20,000 nt of DNA from Candidatus Tectimicrobiota bacterium (GTDB lineage Bacteria; JACPUC01): the NCBI GenBank assembly GCA_016192455.1, contig JACPUC010000009.1, positions 110,886-130,885 of the forward strand. Direction: 5' to 3'. The translations under genes were made by a program, and so were the position numbers. Numbering within the stretch: position 1 is the stretch's first letter; the number at the start of each line of letters is the position of its first letter. This document shows positions 10,719 through 18,725 of this stretch, one piece after another. The notes beneath the pieces are model-generated. The model saw only the letters and a list, made by a program, of their open reading frames with translations. It was not told where the DNA came from and ran no database searches.

Positions 10719-12506
10719 TCATCGCCGCCCGGAGACCCCACGGGGACGCCACAGCGCCGCCAGCACGAAACCAAGAGCCACGGCGGCGCAGAGCCAGCCG
10801 AAGAGGTAGCCGAGGCGCACGTAGAAGGTGAGAGGGGTGTGCCGGGGGGGGATGGTCACCCGAACCACGGCGCGTTCGAAGAGCCCGGCCCCGGCGTGCA
10901 AGCCGCCGCGCCGATCGATCCAGCCGGAGATGCCGGTGTTGGCCGCGCGGGCGATTGGCCGCCGCGTCTCCACCGCTCGCAGGCTTGCCATGGCCCAATG
11001 CTGGTAAGGCGCGGAGGTGCGTCCAAACCAGGCATCGTTCGTGAGGTTAAGGAAGAACTCGGCCCCCTGGCGCGCCGCCGCGCGCGCCAGCTCCGGGAAG
11101 ATGATCTCGAAGCAGATGAGCACGGCGAAGGGATGCCCGCGCAGCTCCATCATGGCGACCCCGGCGCCCGGCGTGAACGCTCCGATTTCGCCCGTCAGGT
11201 TGCTGGCGAACTTGAAGAGCCAAGAGAACGGCACGTACTCGCCGAACGGGACGAGATGCTGCTTGTCGTAGCGCCCCAGCACCTCCGCTCGCGGTGAAAG
11301 GAGGTAGGCGCTGTTGAAGACACGGCTGCTCTCTCCCGACGCCGCGCCGGCGACGGCCTCGACCGTCGGGGCGCCTACGACCGTCGGCGTGGCGCTCTCG
11401 CGCACCCCCTCGAGGAAGCGTCGGCGCAGTGCCGATTCGGCGGCAAAATCGAAGGGGAGTGCCGTCTCGGGCCACACCACGAGGTCCACGCCCGCTGCTC
11501 GGGCCTGGCGGCTGAGGGTTTCATAGATGTCCAGCGTCGCTTCACGGTAGCTCCGCTCCCACTTGATGCCTTGCGGCACACTCCCTTGCAGGATGCCGAG
11601 ACGTAGGGCGCCGGCGGCGGCGCGGCGCGCCGTCGCGGGCGGGGTGTCGCCACTCCCTGATTGCCCCAGTCCGCCGGCAATCCCGCCGGCAGCCGTCGCC
11701 GCGGCCGCCGTCTGGCCCGTTCCGCGCGCCTCCGCGGCCTGCCGCTCAGGAGCGTAGGCCGACCATTGCACGACCCCGTAGGCCGCGTTGCCAAGGAAGA
11801 GCAGCACCGCCGCCAGGGTGACCGGCTGACGGAGAACCCGCCACCAGCGGCTGCCCGCCTCGCCCCATGCCGGGAAGAACCAGGCCTCGAGCGACGCGGC
11901 GACGGCGCCGTTCACCGTCACCAGCAGGAGGTTCAGGCCGGCCGTACCGAAGAGATCGGCGCTCTGGATCAGCAGGGGCCAGGGAACCTGGCTGTAGGCC
12001 AGCTCACCCCAGGGGAAACCGCCGAAGACGGCATGCGCCCGCCCCACCTCCACCCCCACCCAGAGGAACGGCGTCGCGCCCCAATACCAGGCCTCGCGGC
12101 GCCTCGCCACCAGGGAGGCGAAGAAGGCGAACAGCGCCGGGTAGCAGGCGAGGTAGGCGGTCAGCAGCAGCGTCACGAGGAGGCTGGCAAGGCGCGGCAG
12201 CCCCCCATACTGCTCCATGACCAGCACCACCCAGTAGAGGAGCGGCAGGTAGAACCCCATGCCGCAGGCCCAGCCAAGCCAGAGGCTTCGCAAGCCCGTC
12301 GCCCGCCGGCAGAAGAGGAGGAGCGGCGCCAGCCCCACGTAAGCCAGCCAGGGAATGGCCAGCTTGGGGAGGCTGAAGCTGAGGAGGACGCCCCCTGCCA
12401 CGACGACCACGGTGCAGGCGGTCAGGCTGCCGGCACGCACCTCGCTCCAGCCCATGACCCGCCGGATGGCGACCGTTCTGGATGTCCCCGCATCTCCGCT
12501 CGGCAT
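10719..12506 (-). CDS. lnt: Apolipoprotein N-acyltransferase
   Basis: Multiple N-terminal TM helices and GGFPWGELAYSQ. Nitrilase-fold triad E (VVWPETA), K (YDKQHLVPFGEYVP), C (LICFEIIFP). Also NLTNDAWFG and RAANTGIS. Start could alternatively be ATG 12455. Confidence 0.95.
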   Translation of the reverse strand: MPSGDAGTSRTVAIRRVMGWSEVRAGSLTACTVVVVAGGVLLSFSLPKLAIPWLAYVGLAPLLLFCRRATGLRSLWLGWACGMGFYLPLLYWVVLVMEQYGGLPRLASLLVTLLLTAYLACYPALFAFFASLVARRREAWYWGATPFLWVGVEVGRAHAVFGGFPWGELAYSQVPWPLLIQSADLFGTAGLNLLLVTVNGAVAASLEAWFFPAWGEAGSRWWRVLRQPVTLAAVLLFLGNAAYGVVQWSAYAPERQAAEARGTGQTAAAATAAGGIAGGLGQSGSGDTPPATARRAAAGALRLGILQGSVPQGIKWERSYREATLDIYETLSRQARAAGVDLVVWPETALPFDFAAESALRRRFLEGVRESATPTVVGAPTVEAVAGAASGESSRVFNSAYLLSPRAEVLGRYDKQHLVPFGEYVPFSWLFKFASNLTGEIGAFTPGAGVAMMELRGHPFAVLICFEIIFPELARAAARQGAEFFLNLTNDAWFGRTSAPYQHWAMASLRAVETRRPIARAANTGISGWIDRRGGLHAGAGLFERAVVRVTIPPRHTPLTFYVRLGYLFGWLCAAVALGFVLAALWRPRGVSGRR

Positions 12507-12826
12507 GTCGTGTCTCGTTGATTCGTGGCGGAATCGTGGGCTGCGGTCCGGTCGGAGAACTTTTGCGATACGACCTTCCCGCTTCGCGCACCCCCGACCC
12601 TGCGACCATTTCCCAGCGGCAGAGGGTTGGGATGGGGGTGGGACGCGAGAACCCAGCGTTGCGCCAGCCGTTCGCCAGCCGGCGTAGGCAGGGTGAATTC
12701 CAGCCTTGTGCGCCTGCTGAGGCGCGCGGGAAGAGGGCGGCCCCCCACTCTAGCCTGCTTCGCCATGGAGATTCCGGGTCGCCTATGACAACGGCAGGCC
12801 GGCGAGCTCGCGCCGGCGGACGGGCA

Positions 12827-13366
12827 TCACGCAGATTGCGGCAAGGGAACCCAGCGCGATGGCAGGTATTTACTCCAGCGTTGGAGCTGCGAGGGCGTGG
12901 GGGCGTGCGCCATGAGTTGGTACCAGAAGTAATGCGGACGGAAAGGACGGCGACGCAACCTGAGGTTGCTGGCGGCCAAGGGGCGATCACCCTTGCGCAG
13001 GTTGCAGGGGTGACAGGCGACGACGACATTCTCCCAGCTCGTCGCCCCGCCCTGGGAGCGAGGCACGACGTGGTCGAGCGTCAGGTCCGCGCCGCGCGCG
13101 CCGCAATACTGGCAGGTAAAGTCATCACGGCGGAAGACGTTCCGTTTGCTGAAGCTCACGGCCAGCCGGGAGGGCCTGTGGATGTAGCGATTGAGGCGGA
13201 CCACCGACGGCTCGAGCATGCTGAGGCGCTCGCTGCGCAGACGGCCCTCTCCCCTCTCGACATACTCCGCTTTACCGACCAGGAGGAGGATGATTGCTCG
13301 GCGTGTAGAGGTAAAGTGGAGAGGCTCATAGGACTGATTCAGCACCAGTACCCGTACATACGGCAT
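12827..13366 (-). CDS. HNH endonuclease (McrA/COG1403-like, 179 aa) with PLMP-like N-terminal domain; IshB-like architecture
   Basis: ATG at 13366 with GGAGG (13374-13378) 7 nt upstream. RNVFRRDDFTCQYCG, LTLDHVVPRSQGG and WENVVVACHPCNLRKG form a zinc-binding HNH. The longer 331-aa track ORF is an upstream extension across the promoter. The HNH call is firm; the IshB link is inference. Confidence 0.9.
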   Translation of the reverse strand: MPYVRVLVLNQSYEPLHFTSTRRAIILLLVGKAEYVERGEGRLRSERLSMLEPSVVRLNRYIHRPSRLAVSFSKRNVFRRDDFTCQYCGARGADLTLDHVVPRSQGGATSWENVVVACHPCNLRKGDRPLAASNLRLRRRPFRPHYFWYQLMAHAPTPSQLQRWSKYLPSRWVPLPQSA

Positions 13367-13526
13367 ACACGGCCCTCCTGGGACATCGACCTCCACAGCC
13401 ACAGCCAGGGAACCGCACAGCCCGCGCCATACTCCAGTCGGTTCATGCCAGCGTGGGTCTCCCGTGATGTCCCACCTCATCATCAACCTAGACAAAGCAC
13501 TCCTTGTGCTTCGGGCGCTGGGGCGT

Positions 13527-13555
13527 ACTCTACAAACTTGGCCGTTCCCTGTCAA
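13527..13555 (-). promoter_or_regulatory. Sigma70-type promoter for the HNH gene (possibly also the downstream lnt cluster)
   Basis: Perfect TTGACA (13550-13555), 17-nt spacer, TAGAGT (13527-13532). Predicted start site near 13520. Confidence 0.7.
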
Positions 13556-13904
13556 CGCCGCCCGGCGCCGCCTCCCGGTGCAGGAGGCTCGTGCTCGCGC
13601 GCGCAGGTGAACTCCGGAGATGGAGATTGGGGGCGGAGACTGAGGCAGGGGAGGGAGAAGTCTGGTCGCCGCAGCGGGAGAGTCTCTCGCCCCACGCCGG
13701 GCGCTCCTCTTCGGCTGCATTCCGGCGCTGTCCGCAGGATGAACCGTGAGGCTGTTCCCTTGTCTAACCTGGCGCCTCGGCCCGCGGCGCGACAGAGCAC
13801 CGCGAGGCCGGGCCGGCCGCAACCCAGGGGCAACATCCGGGCAGCACCCCGATCAATGCTTTGGGCGCGGTCCAGAACGGGTGAGCGAGGCGGGAGCACA
13901 CCTG

Positions 13905-13934
13905 TGGAAAGTTCTCCCCCTCCTCAACTTTCCA
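13905..13934. repeat. Perfect 9-bp inverted repeat TGGAAAGTT-N12-AACTTTCCA
   Basis: Arms at 13905-13913 and 13926-13934; AT-rich arms in a GC-rich background; spacer CTCCCCCTCCTC. Confidence 0.8.
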
Positions 13935-13935
13935 A

Positions 13936-13964
13936 TTGAACCTCACGGACCGACCGTGCAGACT
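13936..13964 (+). promoter_or_regulatory. Weak candidate sigma70 promoter for the PBP gene
   Basis: TTGAAC (13936-13941), 17-nt spacer, CAGACT (13959-13964). The first -10 base is non-consensus. Confidence 0.3.
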
Positions 13965-14113
13965 TGCAGGTGCGTCGCTTCATCCACGGCCACGGCCGGG
14001 GCCCGACCGGTGGCGCCCGCGCACCACCGCCGAGCCGCCGCATGCCGTGGCGCAAGCCGTCAGCGCCAGGCGGCGTCTCCCCGGGACGCCACTTCGGCGC
14101 CTCAGGAACGCTG

Positions 14114-16477
14114 ATGTCCGCCACGCGGAGCGCAAGAAAGACGATGCGTCCCCTCCGCTACCTCCTTCTCGGTATGGTGGCTCTCGTGGCGGTGGCTATG
14201 GGCATCGCGGCAGCCCTGGGGATTGCCTCGGTGTCGCAGCTCCCGCAGGTTTCCGAGCTCGCCACCTTCCGGCCGAGCTCGACCACCCGCATCTATGACC
14301 GCAACGGCGAGCTGCTGGCGGAGTTTTTCCAGGAACGCCGGCACATCATCCCCCTCGGTGGCATGCCGCGCCACCTCATCAACGCCGTGCTGGCCGCGGA
14401 GGATCCGCGCTTCTACACGCATGAGGGACTGGATTTCCGCGGCATCGCCAGGGCGCTGGTGGCCGACATCCGGCACGGCTCGATGAAGCAGGGGGGCTCG
14501 ACGATCACCCAGCAGCTCGCGCGCGTGCTCTTCCTCTCCACCGAGAGGACCCTCATGCGCAAGCTGCGCGAGGCGCTCCTGGCGATGCTCATTGAGCGCC
14601 GCTACACGAAGGATGAGATTCTCTGGCTGTACCTGAACCAGATCTACCTCGGCAGCGGCGCCTACGGCGTGGAAGCCGCCGCGCAGACCTACTTCAGCAA
14701 GAACGCCAGCGCGCTCACCCTCCCCGAGGCGGCGCTCATTGCCGGGCTGCCGCAGGCACCCAGCGCCTATACCCCGTTCCGCAACCCCGCGCGCGCCGTG
14801 CAGCGTCGCAACCATGTGCTGCGCCGCATGTGGGCCGAGGGATTCCTTCCTGAGGTCACGTACAAGAGGGCGATCCAGGCCCCCATGCAGCTCGCGCCGC
14901 GACAGGCGGCGGGACAAAGCTCCACCTCGGCCCCGTTCTGGGTGGAGATGATCCGCCAATACCTCGAATCATCGTATGGCGCCGAGGCGATCTACCACAC
15001 CGGCCTCGAAGTCCACACCACCCTCGATCTCACTTTCCAGCGCGATGCCCAAAAGGCCCTGCGGCAAGGTCTGCGGGAACTGGACCGGCGGGGGCGCTAT
15101 CGCGGCGTCCCGACCAGCGAGGAGGTCTGGCTGGTCAACCTGCGGGGACGGCCGGGCCCGCCGCAGCCGGGCGACCGTCTGCTGGCCCGCGTGCGCGAGG
15201 TGCGTGCGCAGGAGCTCGACATTGAAGTCGAGGGGCAGCCGGGAATCGTTGCCGCGGCTGAGCTGAAGTGGACCGGGGTGAAGGACTTTCGCCTCGTGGT
15301 GAAGCCCAATGATGCGGTCATCGTGCGGCTGCTCGCCGACGGCGACGCCGCATCCCCGTCCGCGGACGGTTCCCACGCTCCCCGCCTCTACGCGCTGGAG
15401 CAGGAACCAAAGGCCGAGGGAGCGGTGGTGGCCATGGAGACGGAGAGCGGCGCGGTGCGCGCCATGGTCGGCGGCTATGATTTCGCCCGCAACCAGTTCA
15501 ACCGCGCCATGCAAGCGCGCCGCCAGCCCGGCTCCGCCTTCAAGCCGATCATCTACGCCGCCGCCATCGAGCGCGGCGCCACCGTGGTCGAGCGCATCCT
15601 TGACACGCCCGTCGTCTACGAGGATCCCCGCACCCACAAGGTCTGGAAGCCGCGCAACTTCTCCAACAAGTTCTACGGACCGATCAGCCTGCGCGAGGCG
15701 CTGGAGCATTCCCGCAACGTGGCCACGGTGAAGCTGCTGCGAAAAGTCGGCATCGGGCCGGTCCTTCAGCTTGCCAAGAACCTGGGGATCACCTCCTTGC
15801 TGCCGCCGTTTCTTTCTCTTGCTTTGGGAGCCGGAGAGGTCTCCCTCCTCGAGCTGACCTCTGCCTACCTCACCTTTGCCAATGAGGGCATCCGGCCCGA
15901 GCCTTACTTTCTGACGCGGGTGGTGGATCACGAGGGGCGGGTACTGGAGGAGCACGTGCCCAGGGTGGAGCCCGTCATGTCGAAGGAGACCGCCTACCTC
16001 ATGGCGCAGCTCTTGCGGGGGGTGGTGCTTCATGGGACGGGCCGCAACGTCCGCGACCTCGACCTCTTCCTTGCCGGCAAGACGGGCACGACGAATGACT
16101 TCACCGACGCCTGGTTCATCGGCTTCACGCCGGGGCTCGCGCTCGGAGTTTGGGTGGGGAATGACGACAACACCCCGCTGGGAAAAGGTGAGACGGGAGC
16201 CCAGGCGGCGCTGCCGGTGTGGCGGGCGTTCTTCGTCGAGTACCTGAAGCGGGGGGGGCCTCGGCGTGAGCTGAAGAAGCCGGAAACCATCCTGGAAGTG
16301 GAAATTGATCAGCAGACCGGCTTGCTGCCTGATCCCGCCTGCGGACCCACGTTCGTCGAGGTGTTCAGGCGCGGCACGGCTCCAGAACGCTCCTGCCGCG
16401 AAGCTCATCCCCTGTCGGCGGGGACGTACGAGACCGAGGTGCTGCGCGAGGAGCGCGTCGTGCCGGATCGCAACTGA
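14114..16477 (+). CDS. mrcA: Class A penicillin-binding protein (PBP1A family, transglycosylase/transpeptidase)
   Basis: Single N-terminal TM anchor. GT51 motifs AEDPRFYTHEG, QGGSTITQQL, RKLRE, KDEILWLYLN. An OB-like insert. Transpeptidase motifs SAFK (RQPGSAFKP), SRN, KTGT. Start ATG 14114 (AGGAA upstream) or 14144. Confidence 0.93.
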   Translation: MSATRSARKTMRPLRYLLLGMVALVAVAMGIAAALGIASVSQLPQVSELATFRPSSTTRIYDRNGELLAEFFQERRHIIPLGGMPRHLINAVLAAEDPRFYTHEGLDFRGIARALVADIRHGSMKQGGSTITQQLARVLFLSTERTLMRKLREALLAMLIERRYTKDEILWLYLNQIYLGSGAYGVEAAAQTYFSKNASALTLPEAALIAGLPQAPSAYTPFRNPARAVQRRNHVLRRMWAEGFLPEVTYKRAIQAPMQLAPRQAAGQSSTSAPFWVEMIRQYLESSYGAEAIYHTGLEVHTTLDLTFQRDAQKALRQGLRELDRRGRYRGVPTSEEVWLVNLRGRPGPPQPGDRLLARVREVRAQELDIEVEGQPGIVAAAELKWTGVKDFRLVVKPNDAVIVRLLADGDAASPSADGSHAPRLYALEQEPKAEGAVVAMETESGAVRAMVGGYDFARNQFNRAMQARRQPGSAFKPIIYAAAIERGATVVERILDTPVVYEDPRTHKVWKPRNFSNKFYGPISLREALEHSRNVATVKLLRKVGIGPVLQLAKNLGITSLLPPFLSLALGAGEVSLLELTSAYLTFANEGIRPEPYFLTRVVDHEGRVLEEHVPRVEPVMSKETAYLMAQLLRGVVLHGTGRNVRDLDLFLAGKTGTTNDFTDAWFIGFTPGLALGVWVGNDDNTPLGKGETGAQAALPVWRAFFVEYLKRGGPRRELKKPETILEVEIDQQTGLLPDPACGPTFVEVFRRGTAPERSCREAHPLSAGTYETEVLREERVVPDRN

Positions 16478-16680
16478 GCAGCCTGCCGATGCCGCGGCGC
16501 CAACCCGGCGGCCTCGCCAGACGGTGGCGGCAGGCTGTCCCGCCGGGAGGCGCGGGCGCGGGGAGCAGCGATCTCCACCGCCCTGCCTACCTCACCAGCC
16601 GGCGGGAGAGGGGGGCGGCTGCCACGGCCCGCTAGCTCGCCGGCGCGAGCAGCCGCACCTGACCAGCAGAGAGGCATGGT

Positions 16681-17025
16681 TCACAGGAGGCGAGTTGGGT
16701 CCTCCTTCGGCATGAGGCGTTGCACCGGCTGGTTCCGCAGGATGTGGGACTCCAGGATTTCCAGCACGTCCGCCTCCTTCACGCCGGCATACCACACATT
16801 ATCGGGAAAGACCGCCACGGTGGCGCCGGTTTCGCAGGGACCCAGGCAGGTCGCCCCCACCGCGCGCACCACCTCGCCGAGCTCCCGCTCGCTGATCGCA
16901 TCGCGCAGCTTCGTCAGCAGGTCGACGCCGCCGCGCTGCTTGCAACAGCCCTTCGGATGATCGGGTGGCCGCTCCTGGGTACAGATGAGGACGTACTTCT
17001 TGTTCTTTGGGGATGCTCCGTTCAC
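16681..17025 (-). CDS. Thioredoxin-like [2Fe-2S] ferredoxin (114 aa)
   Basis: GTG at 17025 preceded by GGAGGAG. VLICTQERPPDHPKGCC...TCLGPCETGATVAVFPDNVWY..V...DV.EILESHI matches the thioredoxin-fold ferredoxin pattern (Aquifex Fd4 / C. pasteurianum type). Confidence 0.9.
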   Translation of the reverse strand: MNGASPKNKKYVLICTQERPPDHPKGCCKQRGGVDLLTKLRDAISERELGEVVRAVGATCLGPCETGATVAVFPDNVWYAGVKEADVLEILESHILRNQPVQRLMPKEDPTRLL

Positions 17026-17265
17026 TCCGCTCTCCTCCGTGTTTCCAGGGATGAAGCCCCGGGGTGGCGCCCTCCTTCCCGCTGCCCGGCATTCCAAGTC
17101 GCAGGCGGGGCGCACCCTCCTCGCCCTTGGAGCAGCCCTCCTCCGGCCCTGCCTTCGGCTGGCGCTCCAGAGCTTCCTCGCATTCGGCACTGAAACTGGT
17201 GAACGAAGGATTCGTCCCAGCGTCTCCGGCGCGGGGCCTTCGCAGCTCCGCGCGCAACGGCGGCC

Positions 17266-17294
17266 ATTGTAGCCAGCCCCGCCTTGCCAATCAA
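17266..17294 (-). promoter_or_regulatory. Sigma70-type promoter upstream of the ferredoxin
   Basis: TTGATT (17289-17294), 17-nt spacer, TACAAT (17266-17271). Confidence 0.65.
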
Positions 17295-17642
17295 GTCGAG
17301 AGCACGGGGGGGCGCGCCTCGCCTCCCCACAGCCCATGAGGGCGCGCGGCTGCGCAGGGTACCTTCGATCCTCCACACCCATCAGCGCCGGCGCAAGGCA
17401 GCCGGGGCTGGGGCCCTGGGGCGCAAATCTTGCCGGGAGAGAGTTGTTCCCGAATCCTATCGCTGGCGGGATGCCGGTGCGAGATCAGAGATGACTGCCT
17501 TGGAATTTTGTGGCACGACCAGGGAGAGGAACTAACCTTGCCATGACGGGTTCCGCGACCCACCATGGTTGCGCAACCGCGGCGCAGGCGGAGCTGCCGC
17601 GCCGGCGCCGCCTCCGCGCGCCTGACCGTCGCCGGCTCGGCG

Positions 17643-17671
17643 TTGCAATGGGGGCGCAGCCATGGTAGAGG
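17643..17671 (+). promoter_or_regulatory. Candidate sigma70 promoter for ribF
   Basis: TTGCAA (17643-17648), 17-nt spacer with TGn extension, TAGAGG (17666-17671). The last -10 base is non-consensus. Confidence 0.35.
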
Positions 17672-17748
17672 GAGGGGAACAGAACGTTCCCGCCCGTGTC
17701 CTGGTGACGCCCTGGAAGGCGCACCGCCGTAACTCGACGCGAGGAACC

Positions 17749-18678
17749 ATGAAGCTCTTTCGCAAACTGTCTGAAATCTCCCCGCCGCCGCCCTATGCTG
17801 TGGCGACGATCGGCAATTTTGACGGCGTGCATCTGGGCCACCAGGCCATCATCCGGCAAATCCTGCAGCGAGCGAAGACTAACAGCGGCACGAGCGTCGT
17901 GATCAGCTTTGATCCGCATCCCCTCAAGGTGTTGCGCGGCCAGAGTTGCCCTCCCTTGCTGACGACCACGGAACAGAAAACCGCCATCTTCTCCCGCATG
18001 GGGGTGGACTGGTTTGTCTGCCTGGAGTTTACCGAGGCGTTCTCGCGCCTGCGCCCGGAAGAGTTCATCCACCAGGCGATCATCGACAGCCTGCAGGTGC
18101 GCGAGCTCTATGTCGGCTACGATTTCCATTTCGGGCGCGACCGCGTCGGGACCATCTCAATGCTCGTGGGGTTGGCGGTCTCCGAAGGCGTGCAGGTCAC
18201 GGTGGTGCCGCCCGTGAAGTACGAAGACCACCGTGTCAGCAGCTCCCTCATCCGCACCCTCATCACCACCGGCAAGGTGGCCGAGGCGGCGCGCTTCCTG
18301 GGGCGCCATTTCAGCATGGATGGGGTGGTGGTGCACGGGGAGCACCGCGGCAAATCCATCGGCTTCCCCACGGCGAACGTCGCCCACCGCCAGGAGGCCG
18401 TACCGGCCGAGGGCGTGTACGCGGGCTACGCCCTGCTCGAAAACCGCCGTCACCAGGCCGTCATCAACCTTGGCCGCAAGCCCACCTTCAAAGGCACGGC
18501 GCTTACCCTCGAGGCCCACATCTTCGACCTCGTCGACGACATCTACGGGCGGACCATTGAAATTCAGTTTGTGGAACGCCTGCGCGGCGAGATTACCTTC
18601 GACTCCGTGGAGAAGCTGGTGGCTCAGATCGCCCAGGACGCCCAGCACGCGCGCGAGCTGCTGGCGCACCGCGGCTGA
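17749..18678 (+). CDS. ribF: Bifunctional riboflavin kinase/FAD synthetase
   Basis: ATG at 17749 after GAGGAA. TIGNFDGVHLGHQ, FDPHP, VGYDFHFG, VSSSLIR, GFPTAN, EAHIFD, LRGE. 309 aa. Confidence 0.97.
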   Translation: MKLFRKLSEISPPPPYAVATIGNFDGVHLGHQAIIRQILQRAKTNSGTSVVISFDPHPLKVLRGQSCPPLLTTTEQKTAIFSRMGVDWFVCLEFTEAFSRLRPEEFIHQAIIDSLQVRELYVGYDFHFGRDRVGTISMLVGLAVSEGVQVTVVPPVKYEDHRVSSSLIRTLITTGKVAEAARFLGRHFSMDGVVVHGEHRGKSIGFPTANVAHRQEAVPAEGVYAGYALLENRRHQAVINLGRKPTFKGTALTLEAHIFDLVDDIYGRTIEIQFVERLRGEITFDSVEKLVAQIAQDAQHARELLAHRG

Positions 18679-18725
18679 GCCGCGACGGCTCCGGCGGCGG
18701 CGCCAGCACCTGCTGCACCCGAGCA

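Noticed and set aside
13367-13822. 152-aa N-terminal extension of the HNH ORF in the track
   Set aside because: Low-complexity sequence that crosses the predicted promoter; the strong SD and the family N-terminus point to ATG 13366.
12482-13939. 485-aa plus-strand ORF and the 341-aa minus-strand ORF 12004-13029
   Set aside because: Arg/Pro/Gly-rich, no family motifs, and they overlap the HNH gene or lnt.
13744-13948. 6S RNA identity for the structured intergenic element
   Set aside because: The size fits, but the closing stem is short and I cannot build the long rod with a central bubble.
12798-13960. Active IS200/IS605 element around the HNH gene
   Set aside because: There is a hairpin after the stop (12798-12817), but no tnpA, no RuvC and no recognisable paired left and right ends, so mobility is unsupported.
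17397-17430. Partial resemblance to a c-di-GMP-I riboswitch (GGCA..CC-stem-GG-GGCGCAAA)
   Set aside because: Lacks GGCAAA, the GNRA tetraloop and the P3 receptor; probably chance. An Infernal search would settle it.
17300-17748. FMN riboswitch upstream of ribF
   Set aside because: None of the conserved RFN sequence blocks are visible.
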